A stretch of 64,000 bases of DNA from positions 1 through 64,000 of the forward strand of contig NEEC01000111.1 in NCBI GenBank assembly GCA_002189035.1, given 5' to 3'. Positions 36,201 to 51,200 of this stretch are shown here, in pieces. Positions within the stretch are counted from its first letter, which is position 1, and each line of letters starts with the position of its first letter. Both the position numbers and the translations under genes were made by a program. Below the pieces are notes generated by a model. The model made no database searches. It was not told the origin of the DNA and saw nothing but the letters and a program-made list of their open reading frames with translations. The stretch is from Utricularia gibba (taxonomy: Eukaryota; Plantae; Magnoliophyta).

Positions 36201-39200
36201 TGGCGCGCGGGCGGGCCGTCCCGCGCGAGACATTCCCCGCATGGCGTGCGGACGCCCGTCCCGCGCGAGACCTCGAGCATCTTGAGGGGGAACCCACCCC
36301 TACTCGCCCGATGGAGGTGCTGCCTCCACGCCATGCCCACGGAGCCGGCGCCGCGCCTGGGGCACACCGCCCCCGAGGGTGGGCCGGGTGCCTCTCGAGA
36401 CACCTCCCCCTCAAGAAGGGAGAACATGCCAAAACCCAGGTGGCGGCACTGGACATCCAAATGTTGAAAAAAGCGTGGCTTTTTTCGGTGGGCCACAAGG
36501 CGCCCCGAGGGTGGGCCCAGTGCCTCCAGAGACACCTCCCCCTCAAGAAGGGAGATCATGCCAAAAGGGAGGTGGCGGCACTGGACATCCAAATGCCCAA
36601 AAAAGCATGACTTTTCTCGAAAGGCCATTCTGGACGAGCCATCGCCTAGCATGCTCGAGCGCGGCGTGCGTCCCGCGCGAGGCCATGCCCGCCCATGTCC
36701 GAGCATGGCGCGCGGGCGGGCGTCCCGCGGGAGACATTCCCCGCCCATGTCCGAGCATGGCGTGCAAGCGGGCGTCCCTTGTGAGTCATTCCCCGCGCAT
36801 GCTCGAGCATGGCGTGCGGGCGGGCGTCCCGCGCGAGGCCATCCCGCGCATGTTCGATCATGGCGTGCGGGGGGCGTCCGCGCGAGGCCATGCCCGCCCA
36901 TGTCCGAGCATGGCGCGCGGGCGGGCGTCCCGCGCGAGACATTCCCCCATGTCGAGCATGGCGTGCGGCGGGCGTCCCGCGCGAGACATTCCCGCGCATG
37001 CTCGAGCATGGCGCGCGGGCGGCCGTCCCGCGCGAGACATTCCCCGCGCATGGCGTGCGGACGCGTCCCGCGCGAGACATCGAACGTGCTTGCTCGAGCA
37101 TCTTGAGGGGGAACCCACCCCTACTCGCCCCGATGGAGGTGCTGCCTCCACGCCATGCCCACGGAGCCGGCGCCGCACGCCTGGGGCACACCGCCCCCGA
37201 GGGTGGGCCGGGTGCCTCTCGAGACACCTCCCCCCTCAAGAAGGGAGAACATGCCAAAACCCAGGTGGCGGCACTGGACATCCAAATGTTGAAAAAAGCG
37301 TGGCTTTTTTCGGTGGGCCACAAGGCGCCCCGAGGGTGGGCCCAGTGCCTCCAGAGACACCTCCCCCTCAAGAAGGGAGATCATGCCAAAAGGGAGGTGG
37401 CGGCACTGGACATCCAAATGCCCAAAAAAGCATGACTTTTCTCGAAAGGCCATTCTGGACGAGCCATCGCCTAGCATGCTCGAGCGCGGCGTGCGTCCCG
37501 CGCGAGGCCATGCCCGCCCATGTCCGAGCATGGCGCGCGGGCGGGCGTCCCGCGGGAGACATTCCCGCCCATGTCCGAGCATGGCGTGCAAGCGGGCGTC
37601 CCTTGTGAGTCATTCCCCGCGCATGCTCGAGCATGGCGTGCGGGGGGCGTCCCGCGCGAGGCCATCCCGCGCATGTTCGATCATGGCGTGCGGGGGGGCG
37701 TCCCGCGCGAGGCCATGCCCGCCCATGTCCGAGCATGGCGCGCGATGCATGTCGAGCATGGCGTGCGGGCGGCGTCCCGCGCGAGACATTCCCCGCGCAT
37801 GCTCGAGCATGGCGCGCGGGCGGCCGTCCGCGCGAGACATTCCCGCGCATGGCGTGCGGACGCCCGTCCCGCGCGAGACATCGAACGTGCTTGCTCGAGC
37901 ATCTTGAGGGGGAACCCACCCCTACTCGCCCCGATGGAGGTGCTGCCTCCACGCCATGCCCACGGAGCCGGCGCCGCACGCCTGGGGCACACCGCCCCCG
38001 AGGGTGGGCCGGGTGCCTCTCGAGACACCTCCCCCTCAAGAAGGGAGAACATGCCAAAACCCAGGTGGCGGCACTGGACATCCAAATGTTGAAAAAAGCG
38101 TGGCTTTTTTCGGTGGGCCACAAGGCGCCCCGAGGGTGGGCCCAGTGCCTCCAGAGACACCTCCCCCCTCAAGAAGGGAGATCATGCCAAAAGGGAGGTG
38201 GCGGCACTGGACATCCAAATGCCCAAAAAAGCATGACTTTTCTCGAAAGGCCATTCTGGACGAGCCATCGCCTAGCATGCTCGAGCGCGGCGTGCGTCCG
38301 CGCGAGGCCATGCCCGCCCATGTCCGAGCATGGCGCGCGGGCGGGCGTCCCGCGGGAGACATTCCCGCCCATGTCCGAGCATGGCGTGCAAGCGGGCGTC
38401 CCTTGTGAGTCATTCCCCCGCATGCTCGAGCATGGCGTGCGGCGGGCGTCCCGCGCGAGGCCATCCCGCGCATGTTCGATCATGGCGTGCGGGGGGGCGT
38501 CCCGCGCGAGGCCATGCCCGCCCATGTCCGAGCATGGCGTGCGGGCGGGCGTCCCGTGGGAGTCATTCCCGCGCATGCTCGAGCATGGCGCGCGGGCGGC
38601 CGTCCCGCGCGAGACATTCCCCGCGCATGCTGGAGCAAGGCGTGCGGGCGGGCGTCCATGGCGAGTCACCGCCCCGCATGGCGTGCGGACGCCCGTCCCG
38701 CGCGAGACATCGAACGTGCTTGCTCGAGCATCTTGAGGGGGAACCCACCCCTACTCGCCCCGATGGAGGTGCTGCCTCCACGCCATGCCCACGGAGCCGG
38801 CGCCGCACGCCTGGGGCACACCGCCCCCGAGGGTGGGCCGGGTGCCTCTCGAGACACCTCCCCCCTCAAGAAGGGAGAACATGCCAAAACCCAGGTGGCG
38901 GCACTGGACATCCAAATGTTGAAAAAAGCGTGGCTTTTTTCGGTGGGCCACAAGGCGCCCCGAGGGTGGGCCCAGTGCCTCCAGAGACACCCCCCTCAAG
39001 AAGGGAGATCATGCCAAAAGGGAGGTGGCGGCACTGGACATCCAAATGCCCAAAAAAGCATGACTTTTCTCGAAAGGCCATTCTGGACGAGCCATCGCCT
39101 AGCATGCTCGAGCGCGGCGTGCGTCCCGCGCGAGGCCATGCCCGCCCATGTCCGAGCATGGCGCGCGGCGGGCGTCCCGCGGGAGACATTCCCCGCCCAT

Positions 39201-42200
39201 GTCCGAGCATGGCGTGCAAGCGGGCGTCCCTTGTGAGTCATTCCCCGCGCATGCTCGAGCATGGCGTGCGGGCGGGCGTCCCGCGAGGCCATCCCGCGCA
39301 TGTTCGATCATGGCGTGCGGGGGGCGTCCCGCGCGAGGCCATGCCCGCCCATGTCCGAGCATGGCGTGCGGGCGGGCGTCCCGTGGGAGTCATTCCCCGC
39401 GCATGCTCGAGCATGGCGCGCGGGCGGCCGTCCCGCGCGAGACATTCCCCGCGCATGCTGGAGCAAGGCGTGCGGGCGGGCGTCCATGGCGAGTCACCGC
39501 CCCACGCATGGCGTGCGGACGCCCGTCCCGCGCGAGACATCGAACGTGCTTGCTCGAGCATCTTGAGGGGGAACCCACCCCTACTCGCCCCGATGGAGGT
39601 GCTGCCTCCACGCCATGCCCACGGAGCCGGCGCCGCACGCCTGGGGCACACCGCCCCCCGAGGGTGGGCCGGGTGCCTCTCGAGACACCTCCCCCTCAAG
39701 AAGGGAGAACATGCCAAAACCCAGGTGGCGGCACTGGACATCCAAATGTTGAAAAAAGCGTGGCTTTTTTCGGTGGGCCACAAGGCGCCCCGAGGGTGGG
39801 CCCAGTGCCTCCAGAGACACCTCCCCCTCAAGAAGGGAGATCATGCCAAAAGGGAGGTGGCGGCACTGGACATCCAAATGCCCAAAAAAGCATGACTTTT
39901 CTCGAAAGGCCATTCTGGACGAGCCATCGCCTAGCATGCTCGAGCGCGGCGTGCGTCCCGCGCGAGGCCATGCCCGCCCATGTCCGAGCATGGCGCGCGG
40001 GCGGGCGTCCCGCGGGAGACATTCCCGCCCATGTCCGAGCATGGCGTGCAAGCGGGCGTCCCTTGTGAGTCATTCCCCGCGCATGCTCGAGCATGGCGTG
40101 CGGGCGGGCGTCCCGCGCGAGGCCATCCCCGCGCATGTTCGATCATGGCGTGCGGGGGCGTCCGCGCGAGGCATGCCCCGCCCATGTCCGAGCATGGCGT
40201 GCGGGCGGGCGTCCCGTGGGAGTCATTCCCCGCGCATGCTCGAGCATGGCGCGCGGGCGGCCGTCCGCGCGAGACATTCCCGCGCATGCTCGAGCAAGGC
40301 GTGCGGGCGGGCGTCCATGGCGAGTCACGCCCCACGCATGGCGTGCGGACGCCCGTCCCGCGCGAGACATCGAACGTGCTTGCTCGAGCATCTTGAGGGG
40401 GAACCCACCCCTACTCGCCCCGATGGAGGTGCTGCCTCACGCCATGCCCACGGAGCCGGCGCCGCACGCCTGGGGCACACCGCCCCCCGAGGGTGGGCCG
40501 GGTGCCTCTCGAGACACCTCCCCCCTCAAGAAGGGAGAACATGCCAAAACCCAGGTGGCGGCACTGGACATCCAAATGTTGAAAAAAGCGTGGCTTTTTT
40601 CGGTGGGCCACAAGGCGCCCCGAGGGTGGGCCCAGTGCCTCCAGAGACACCTCCCCCCTCAAGAAGGGAGATCATGCCAAAAGGGAGGTGGCGGCACTGG
40701 ACATCCAAATGCCCAAAAAAGCATGACTTTTCTCGAAAGGCCATTCTGGACGAGCCATCGCCTAGCATGCTCGAGCGCGGCGTGCGTCCCGCGCGAGGCC
40801 ATGCCCGCCCATGTCCGAGCATGGCGCGCGGGCGGCGTCCCGCGGGAGACATTCCCCCCATGTCCGAGCATGGCGTGCAAGCGGGCGTCCCTTGTGAGTC
40901 ATTCCCCGCGCATGCTCGAGCATGGCGTGCGGGCGGGCGTCCCGCGCGAGGCCATCCCCGCGCATGTTCGATCATGGCGTGCGGGGGGGCGTCCCGCGCG
41001 AGGCCATGCCCGCCCATGTCCGAGCATGGCGTCCCGCGCGAGACATTCCCCGCCCATGTCCGAGCATGGCGTGCGGGCGGGCGTCCCGCGCGAGACATTC
41101 CCGCGCATGCTCGAGCATGGCGCGCGGGCGGCCGTCCCGCGCGAGACATTCCCCGCGCATGGCGTGCGGACGCCCGTCCCGCGCGAGACATCGAACGTGC
41201 TTGCTCGAGCATCTTGAGGGGGAACCCACCCCTACTCGCCCCGATGGAGGTGCTGCCTCCACGCCATGCCCACGGAGCCGGCGCCGCACGCCTGGGGCAC
41301 ACCGCCCCCCGAGGGTGGGTGGGCCGGGTGCCTCTCGAGACACCTCCCCCTCAAGAAGGGAGAACATGCCAAAACCCAGGTGGCGGCACTGGACATCCAA
41401 ATGTTGAAAAAAGCGTGGCTTTTTTCGGTGGGCCACAAGGCGCCCCGAGGGTGGGCCCAGTGCCTCCAGAGACACCTCCCCCCTCAAGAAGGGAGATCAT
41501 GCCAAAAGGGAGGTGGCGGCACTGGACATCCAAATGCCCAAAAAAGCATGACTTTTCTCGAAAGGCCATTCTGGACGAGCCATCGCCTAGCATGCTCGAG
41601 CGCGGCGTGCGTCCCGCGCGAGGCCATGCCCGCCCATGTCCGAGCATGGCGCGCGGGCGGGCGTCCCGCGGGAGACATTCCCCGCCCATGTCCGAGCATG
41701 GCGTGCAAGCGGGCGTCCCTTGTGAGTCATTCCCCGCGCATGCTCGAGCATGGCGTGCGGGCGGGCGTCCCGCGCGAGGCCATCCCGCGCATGTTCGATC
41801 ATGGCGTGCGGGGGGGCGTCCCGCGCGAGGCCATGGCCATGTCGAGCATGAGACATTCCCGCCCATGTCCGAGCATGGCGTGCGGGCGGGCGTCCGCGCG
41901 AGACATTCCCCGCGCATGCTCGAGCATGGCGCGCGGGCGGCCGTCCCGCGCGAGACATTCCCCGCATGGCGTGCGGACGCCCGTCCCGCGCGAGACATCG
42001 AACGTGCTTGCTCGAGCATCTTGAGGGGAACCCACCCCTACTCGCCCCGATGGAGGTGCTGCCTCCACGCCATGCCCACGGAGCCGGCGCCGCACGCCTG
42101 GGGCACACCGCCCCCGAGGGTGGGCCGGGTGCCTCTCGAGACACCTCCCCCTCAAGAAGGGAGAACATGCCAAAACCCAGGTGGCGGCACTGGACATCCA

Positions 42201-45200
42201 AATGTTGAAAAAAGCGTGGCTTTTTTCGGGGGCCACAAGGCGCCCCGAGGGTGGGCCCAGTGCCTCCAGAGACACCTCCCCCTCAAGAAGGGAGATCATG
42301 CCAAAAGGGAGGTGGCGGCACTGGACATCCAAATGCCCAAAAAAGCATGACTTTTCTCGAAAGGCCATTCTGGACGAGCCATCGCCTAGCATGCTCGAGC
42401 GCGGCGTGCGTCCCGCGCGAGGCCATGCCCGCCCATGTCCGAGCATGGCGCGCGGGCGGGCGTCCCGCGGGAGACATTCCCGCCCATGTCCGAGCATGGC
42501 GTGCAAGCGGGCGTCCCTTGTGAGTCATTCCCCGCGCATGCTCGAGCATGGCGTGCGGGCGGGCGTCCCGCGCGAGGCCATCCCCGCGCATGTTCGATCA
42601 TGGCGTGCGGGGGGCGTCCCGCGCGAGGCCATGCCCGCCCATGTCCGAGCATGGCGCGCGGGCGGGCGTCCCGCGCGAGACATTCCCCGCCCATGTCCGA
42701 GCATGGCGTGCGGGCGGGCGTCCCGCGGAGACATTCCCCGCGCATGCTCGAGCATGGCGCGCGGGCGGCCGTCCCGCGCGAGACATTCCCCGCGCATGGC
42801 GTGCGGACGCCCGTCGCGCGAGACATCGAACGTGCTTGCTCGAGCATCTTGAGGGGGAACCCACCCCTACTCGCCCCGATGGAGGTGCTGCCTCCACGCC
42901 ATGCCCACGGAGCCGGCGCCGCACGCCTGGGGCACACCGCCCCCCGAGGGTGGGCCGGGTGCCTCTCGAGACACCTCCCCCTCAAGAAGGGAGAACATGC
43001 CAAAACCCAGGTGGCGGCACTGGACATCCAAATGTTGAAAAAAGCGTGGCTTTTTTCGGTGGGCCACAAGGCGCCCCGAGGGTGGGCCCAGTGCCTCCAG
43101 AGACACCTCCCCCCTCAAGAAGGGAGATCATGCCAAAAGGGAGGTGGCGGCACTGGACATCCAAATGCCCAAAAAAGCATGACTTTTCTCGAAAGGCCAT
43201 TCTGGACGAGCCATCGCCTAGCATGCTCGAGCGCGGCGTGCGTCCCGCGCGAGGCCATGCCCGCCCATGTCCGAGCATGGCGCGCGGGCGGGCGTCCCGC
43301 GGGAGACATTCCCCGCCCATGTCCGAGCATGGCGTGCAAGCGGGCGTCCCTTGTGAGTCATTCCCCGCGCATGCTCGAGCATGGCGTGCGGGCGGGCGTC
43401 CCGCGCGAGGCCATCCCCGCGCATGTTCGATCATGGCGTGCGGGGGGGTCCCGCGCGAGGCCATGCCCGCCCATGTCCGAGCATGGCGTGCGGGGCGTCC
43501 CGGCCGCGCGAGTCATTCCCGCGCATGCTCGAGCATGGCGCGCGGGCGCCGTCCCGCGCGAGACATTCCCCGCGCATGCTGCGGCGTGCGGGCGGGCGTC
43601 CACGCCCGCATGGCGTGCGACGCCCGTCCCGCGCGAGACATCGAACGTGCTTGCTCGAGCATCTTGAGGGGGAACCCACCCCTACTCGCCCCGATGGAGG
43701 TGCTGCCTCCACGCCATGCCCACGGAGCCGGCGCCGCACGCCTGGGGCACACCGCCCCCGAGGGTGGGCCGGGTGCCTCTCGAGACACCTCCCCCCTCAA
43801 GAAGGGAGAACATGCCAAAACCCAGGTGGCGGCACTGGACATCCAAATGTTGAAAAAAGCGTGGCTTTTTTCGGTGGGCCACAAGGCGCCCCGAGGGTGG
43901 GCCCAGTGCCTCCAGAGACACCTCCCCCTCAAGAAGGGAGATCATGCCAAAAGGGAGGTGGCGGCACTGGACATCCAAATGCCCAAAAAAGCATGACTTT
44001 TCTCGAAAGGCCATTCTGGACGAGCCATCGCCTAGCATGCTCGAGCGCGGCGTGCGTCCCGCGCGAGGCCATGCCCGCCCATGTCCGAGCATGGCGCGCG
44101 GGCGGGCGTCCCGCGGGAGACATTCCCCGCCCATGTCCGAGCATGGCGTGCAAGCGGGCGTCCCTTGTGAGTCATTCCCCGCGCATGCTCGAGCATGGCG
44201 TGCGGGCGGGCGTCCCGCGCGAGGCCATCCCCGCGCATGTTCGATCATGGCGTGCGGGGGGCGTCCCGCGCGAGGCCATGCCCGCCCATGTCCGAGCATG
44301 GCGTGCGGGCGGGCGTCCCGTGGGAGTCATTCCCCGCGCATGCTCGAGCATGGCGCGCGGGCGGCCGTCCCGCGCGAGACATTCCCCGCGCATGCTGGAG
44401 CAAGGCGTGCGGGCGGGCGTCCATGGCGAGTCACCGCCCCACGCATGGCGTGCGGACGCCCGTCCCGCGCGAGACATCGAACGTGCTTGCTCGAGCATCT
44501 TGAGGGGGAACCCACCCCTACTCGCCCCGATGGAGGTGCTGCCTCCACGCCATGCCCACGGAGCCGGCGCCGCACGCCTGGGGCACACCGCCCCCCGAGG
44601 GTGGGCCGGGTGCCTCTCGAGACACCTCCCCCCTCAAGAAGGGAGAACATGCCAAAACCCAGGTGGCGGCACTGGACATCCAAATGTTGAAAAAAGCGTG
44701 GCTTTTTTCGGTGGGCCACAAGGCGCCCCGAGGGTGGGCCCAGTGCCTCCAGAGACACCTCCCCCCTCAAGAAGGGAGATCATGCCAAAAGGGAGGTGGC
44801 GGCACTGGACATCCAAATGCCCAAAAAAGCATGACTTTTCTCGAAAGGCCATTCTGGACGAGCCATCGCCTAGCATGCTCGAGCGCGGCGTGCGTCCCGC
44901 GCGAGGCCATGCCCGCCCATGTCCGAGCATGGCGCGCGGGCGGGCGTCCCGCGGGAGACATTCCCCGCCCATGTCGAGCATGGCGTGCAAGCGGCGTCCC
45001 TTGTGAGTCATTCCCGCGCATGCTCGAGCATGGCGTGCGGCGGGCGTCCCGCGCGAGGCCATCCCGCGCATGTTCGATCATGGCGTGCGGGGGGCGTTGC
45101 CCGCCCATGTCCGAGCATGGCGTGCGGGCGGGCGTCCCGGCATTCCCCGCGCATGCTCGAGCATGGCGCGCGGGCGGCCGTCCGCGCGAGACATTCCCCG

Positions 45201-48200
45201 CGCATGCCCGTGCGGGCCACGCCCGTCCGCGCGAGACATCGAACGTGCTTGCTCGAGCATCTTGAGGGGGAACCCACCCCTACTCGCCCCGATGGAGGTG
45301 CTGCCTCCACGCCATGCCCACGGAGCCGGCGCGCACGCCTGGGGCACACCGCCCCCCGAGGGTGGGCCGGGTGCCTCTCGAGACACCTCCCCCCTCAAGA
45401 AGGGAGAACATGCCAAAACCCAGGTGGCGGCACTGGACATCCAAATGTTGAAAAAAGCGTGGCTTTTTTCGGTGGGCCACAAGGCGCCCCGAGGGTGGGC
45501 CCAGTGCCTCCAGAGACACCTCCCCCTCAAGAAGGGAGATCATGCCAAAAGGGAGGTGGCGGCACTGGACATCCAAATGCCCAAAAAAGCATGACTTTTC
45601 TCGAAAGGCCATTCTGGACGAGCCATCGCCTAGCATGCTCGAGCGCGGCGTGCGTCCGCGCGAGGCCATGCCCGCCCATGTCCGAGCATGCGCGCGGCGG
45701 GCGTCCCGGGAGACATTCCCCGCCCATGTCCGAGCATGGCGTGCAAGCGGGCGTCCCTTGTGAGTCATTCCCCGCGCATGCTCGAGCATGGCGTGCGGGC
45801 GGGCGTCCCGCGCGAGGCCATCCCGCGCATGTTCGATCATGGCGTGCGGGCGGGCGTCCCGCGCGATTCCCCGCCATGTCCGAGCATGGTGCGGGCGGCG
45901 TCCCGCATTCCCGCGCATGCTCGAGCATGGCGCGCGGGCGGCCGTCCGCGAGACATTCCCGCGCATGGCGTGCGCCCGTCGCCGCGTCCCGCGCGAGACA
46001 TCGAACGTGCTTGCTCGAGCATCTTGAGGGGGAACCCACCCCTACTCGCCCCGATGGAGGTGCTGCCTCCACGCCATGCCCACGGAGCCGGCGCCGCACG
46101 CCTGGGGCACACCGCCCCCGAGGGTGGGCCGGGTGCCTCTCGAGACACCTCCCCCCTCAAGAAGGGAGAACATGCCAAAACCCAGGTGGCGGCACTGGAC
46201 ATCCAAATGTTGAAAAAAGCGTGGCTTTTTTCGGTGGGCCACAAGGCGCCCCGAGGGTGGGCCCAGTGCCTCCAGAGACACCTCCCCCTCAAGAAGGGAG
46301 ATCATGCCAAAAGGGAGGTGGCGGCACTGGACATCCAAATGCCCAAAAAAGCATGACTTTTCTCGAAAGGCCATTCTGGACGAGCCATCGCCTAGCATGC
46401 TCGAGCGCGGCGTGCGTCCCGCGCGAGGCCATGCCCGCCCATGTCCGAGCATCCAAATGCGGGCGGGCGTCCCGAAAAGAAGCGTGGCTTTTGTTCCGAG
46501 CATGGCGCCAAGCGGCGCGTCCCTTGTGAGCCAGTTCCCGCGCGCAGAGACAGCATCTCCCCCCTCAAGAAGCGGAGCGTCATGCCAGGGGAGGTGGCGG
46601 CACTGGACGCGCAAATGCCCAAGATCAGCATGACGTGGGGGGAAAGGCCATTCTGGACGAGCCATCGCCTAGCATGCTCGAGCGCGGCGTGCGTCCCGCG
46701 CGAGGCCATGCCCGCCCATGTCCGAGCATGGCGCGCGGCGGCGTCCGCGGGAGACATTCCCCGCCCATGTCCGAGCATGGCGTGCAAGCGGGCGTCCCTT
46801 GTGAGTCATTCCCCGCCATGCTCGAGCATGGCGTGCGGGCGGGCGTCCCGCGCGAGGCCATCCCCGCGCATGTTCGATCATGGCGTGCGGGGGGCGTCCC
46901 GCGCGAGCCATGCCCGCCCATGTCCGAGCATGGCGTGCGGGCGGGCGTCCCGGGAGTCATTCCCCGCGCATGCTCGAGCATGGCGCGCGGGCGGCCGTCC
47001 CGCGCGAGACATTCCCCGCGCATGCTGAGCAAGGCGTGCGGGCGGGCGTCCATGGCGAGTCACCGCCCCGCATGGCGTGCGGACGCCCGTCCCGCGCGAG
47101 ACATCGAACGTGCTTGCTCGAGCATCTTGAGGGGGAACCCACCCCTACTCGCCCCGATGGAGGTGCTGCCTCCACGCCATGCCCACGGAGCCGGCGCCGC
47201 ACGCCTGGGGCACACCGCCCCCGAGGGTGGGCCGGGTGCCTCTCGAGACACCTCCCCCTCAAGAAGGGAGAACATGCCAAAACCCAGGTGGCGGCACTGG
47301 ACATCCAAATGTTGAAAAAAGCGTGGCTTTTTTCGGTGGGCCACAAGGCGCCCCGAGGGTGGGCCCAGTGCCTCCAGAGACACCTCCCCCCTCAAGAAGG
47401 GAGATCATGCCAAAAGGGAGGTGGCGGCACTGGACATCCAAATGCCCAAAAAAGCATGACTTTTCTCGAAAGGCCATTCTGGACGAGCCATCGCCTAGCA
47501 TGCTCGAGCGCGGCGTGCGTCCCGCGCGAGGCCATGCCCGCCCATGTCCGAGCATGGCGCGCGGGCGGGCGTCCCGCGGGAGACATTCCCCGCCCATGTC
47601 CGAGCATGGCGTGCAAGCGGGCGTCCCTTGTGAGTCATTCCCCGCGCATGCTCGAGCATGGCGTGCGGCGGGCGTCCCGCGCGAGGCCATCCCCGCGCAT
47701 GTTCGATCATGGCGTGCGGGGGGCGTCCCGCGCGAGGCCATGCCCGCCCATGTCCGAGCATGGCGTGCGGGCGGGCGTCCCGTGGGAGTCATTCCCCGCG
47801 CATGCTCGAGCATGGCGCGCGGGCGGCCGTCCCGCGCGAGACATTCCCGCGCATGCTCGAGCAAGGCGTGCGGGCGTCCATGGCGAGTCACCGCCCCACG
47901 CATGGCGTGCGGACGCCCGTCCCGCGCGAGACATCGAACGTGCTTGCTCGAGCATCTTGAGGGGAACCCACCCCTACTCGCCCCGATGGAGGTGCTGCCT
48001 CCACGCCATGCCCACGGAGCCGGCGCCGCACGCCTGGGGCACACCGCCCCCCGAGGTGGGCCGGGTGCCTCTCGAGACACCTCCCCCCTCAAGAAGGAGA
48101 ACATGCCAAAACCCAGGTGGCGGCACTGGACATCCAAATGTTGAAAAAAGCGTGGCTTTTTTCGGTGGGCCACAAGGCGCCCCGAGGGTGGGCCCAGTGC

Positions 48201-51200
48201 CTCCAGAGACACCTCCCCCTCAAGAAGGGAGATCATGCCAAAAGGGAGGTGGCGGCACTGGACATCCAAATGCCCAAAAAAGCATGACTTTTCTCGAAAG
48301 GCCATTCTGGACGAGCCATCGCCTAGCATGCTCGAGCGCGGCGTGCGTCCCGCGCGAGGCCATGCCCGCCCATGTCCGAGCATGGCGCGCGGGCGGGCGT
48401 CCCGCGGGAGACATTCCCCGCCCATGTCCGAGCATGGCGTGCAAGCGGGCGTCCCTTGTGAGTCATTCCCCGCGCATGCTCGAGCATGGCGTGCGGCGGG
48501 CGTCCCGCGCGAGGCCATCCCCGCGCATGTTCGATCATGGCGTGCGGGGGGGCGTCCCGCGCGAGGCCATGCCCGCCCATGTCCGAGCATGGCGTGCGTC
48601 CCGTGGGAGTCATTCCCCGCGCATGCTCGAGCATGGCGCGCGGGCGGCCGTCCCGCGCGAGACATTCCCCGCGCATGCTCGAGCAAGGCGTGCGGGCGGG
48701 CGTCCATGGCGAGTCACCGCCCCACGCATGCGCGCGGACGCCCGTCCCGCGCGAGACATCGAACGTGCTTGCTCGAGCATCTTGAGGGGGAACCCACCCC
48801 TACTCGCCCCGATGGAGGTGCTGCCTCCACGCCATGCCCACGGAGCCGGCGCCGCACGCCTGGGGCACACCGCCCCCCGAGGGTGGGCCGGGTGCCTCTC
48901 GAGACACCTCCCCCCTCAAGAAGGGAGAACATGCCAAAACCCAGGTGGCGGCACTGGACATCCAAATGTTGAAAAAAGCGTGGCTTTTTTCGGTGGGCCA
49001 CAAGGCGCCCCGAGGGTGGGCCCAGTGCCTCCAGAGACACCTCCCCCCTCAAGAAGGGAGATCATGCCAAAAGGGAGGTGGCGGCACTGGACATCCAAAT
49101 GCCCAAAAAAGCATGACTTTTCTCGAAAGGCCATTCTGGACGAGCCATCGCCTAGCATGCTCGAGCGCGGCGTGCGTCCGCGCGAGGCCATGCCCGCCCA
49201 TGTCCGAGCATGGCGCGCGGGCGGGCGTCCCGCGGGAGACATTCCCCGCCCATGTCCGAGCATGGCGTGCAAGCGGGCGTCCCTTGTGAGTCATTCCCCG
49301 CGCATGCTCGAGCATGGCGTGCGGGCGGGCGTCCCGCGCGAGGCCATCCCCGCGCATGTTCGATCATGGCGTGCGGGGGGCGTCCCGCGCGAGCCATGCC
49401 GCCCATGTCCGAGCATGGCGCGCGGGCGGGCGTCCCGCGCGAGACATTCCCCCCCATGTCCGAGCATGGCGTGCGGCGGGCGTCCGCGCGAGACATTCCC
49501 CGCGCATGCTCGAGCATGGCGCGCGGGCGGCCGTCCCCGCGCGAGACATTCCCCGCGCATGGCGTGCGGACGCCCGTCCCGCGCGAGACATCGAACGTGC
49601 TTGCTCGAGCATCTTGAGGGGAACCCACCCCTACTCGCCCCGATGGAGGTGCTGCCTCCACGCCATGCCCACGGAGCCGGCGCCGCACGCCTGGGGCACA
49701 CCGCCCCCGAGGGTGGGCCGGGTGCCTCTCGAGACACCTCCCCCTCAAGAAGGGAGAACATGCCAAAACCCAGGTGGCGGCACTGGACATCCAAATGTTG
49801 AAAAAAGCGTGGCTTTTTTCGGTGGGCCACAAGGCGCCCCGAGGGTGGGCCCAGTGCCTCCAGAGACACCTCCCCCCTCAAGAAGGGAGATCATGCCAAA
49901 AGGGAGGTGGCGGCACTGGACATCCAAATGCCCAAAAAAGCATGACTTTTCTCGAAAGGCCATTCTGGACGAGCCATCGCCTAGCATGCTCGAGCGCGGC
50001 GTGCGTCCCGCGCGAGGCCATGCCCGCCCATGTCCGAGCATGGCGCGCGGGCGGGCGTCCCGCGGGAGACATTCCCCGCCCATGTCCGAGCATGGCGTGC
50101 AAGCGGGCGTCCCTTGTGAGTCATTCCCCGCGCATGCTCGAGCATGGCGTGGGCGGGCGTCCGCGCGAGGCCATCCCCGCGCATGTTCGATCATGGCGTG
50201 CGGGGGCGTCCCGCGCGCCATGCCGCCCATGTCCGAGCATGGCGCGCGCGGGCGTCCCGCGCGAGACATTCCCCGCCCATGTCCGAGCATGGCGTGCGGG
50301 CGGGGCGTCCCGCGCGAGACATTCCCCGCGCATGCTCGAGCATGTGCGAGCCGCGCAGACGCCCGTCCCCGCGAGACATCGAACGTGCTTGCTCGAGCAT
50401 CTTGAGGGGAACCCACCCCTACTCGCCCCGATGGAGGTGCTGCCTCCACGCCATGCCCACGGAGCCGGCGCCGCACGCCTGGGGCACACCGCCCCCGAGG
50501 GTGGGCCGGGTGCCTCTCGAGACACCTCCCCCCTCAAGAAGGGAGAACATGCCAAAACCCAGGTGGCGGCACTGGACATCCAAATGTTGAAAAAAGCGTG
50601 GCTTTTTTCGGTGGGCCACAAGCGCCCCGAGGTGGGCCCAGTGCCTCCAGAGACACCTCCCCCCTCAAGAAGGGAGATCATGCCAAAAGGGAGGTGGCGG
50701 CACTGGACATCCAAATGCCCAAAAAAGCATGACTTTTCTCGAAAGGCCATTCTGGACGAGCCATCGCCTAGCATGCTCGAGCGCGGCGTGCGTCCCGCGC
50801 GAGGCCATGCCCGCCCATGTCCGAGCATGGCGCGCGGGCGGGCGTCCCGCGGAGACATTCCCCGCCCATGTCCGAGCATGGCGTGCAAGCGGGCGTCCCT
50901 TGTGAGTCATTCCCGCGCATGCTCGAGCATGCGTGCGGGCGGGCGTCCGCGCGAGGCCATCCCCGCGCATGTTCGATCATGGCGTGCGGGGGGCGTCCCG
51001 CGCGAGCCATGCCCGCCCATGTCCGAGCATGGCGCGCGGGCGGGCGTCCCGCGCGAGACACATGCGAGCATGGCGGCGCGGGCGTCCCGCGCAGACATTC
51101 CCCGCGCATGCTCGAGCATGGCGCGCGGGCGGGCCGTCCGCGCGAGACATTCCCCGCGCATGGCGTGCGGACGTCCCGCGCGAGACATCGAACGTGCTTG

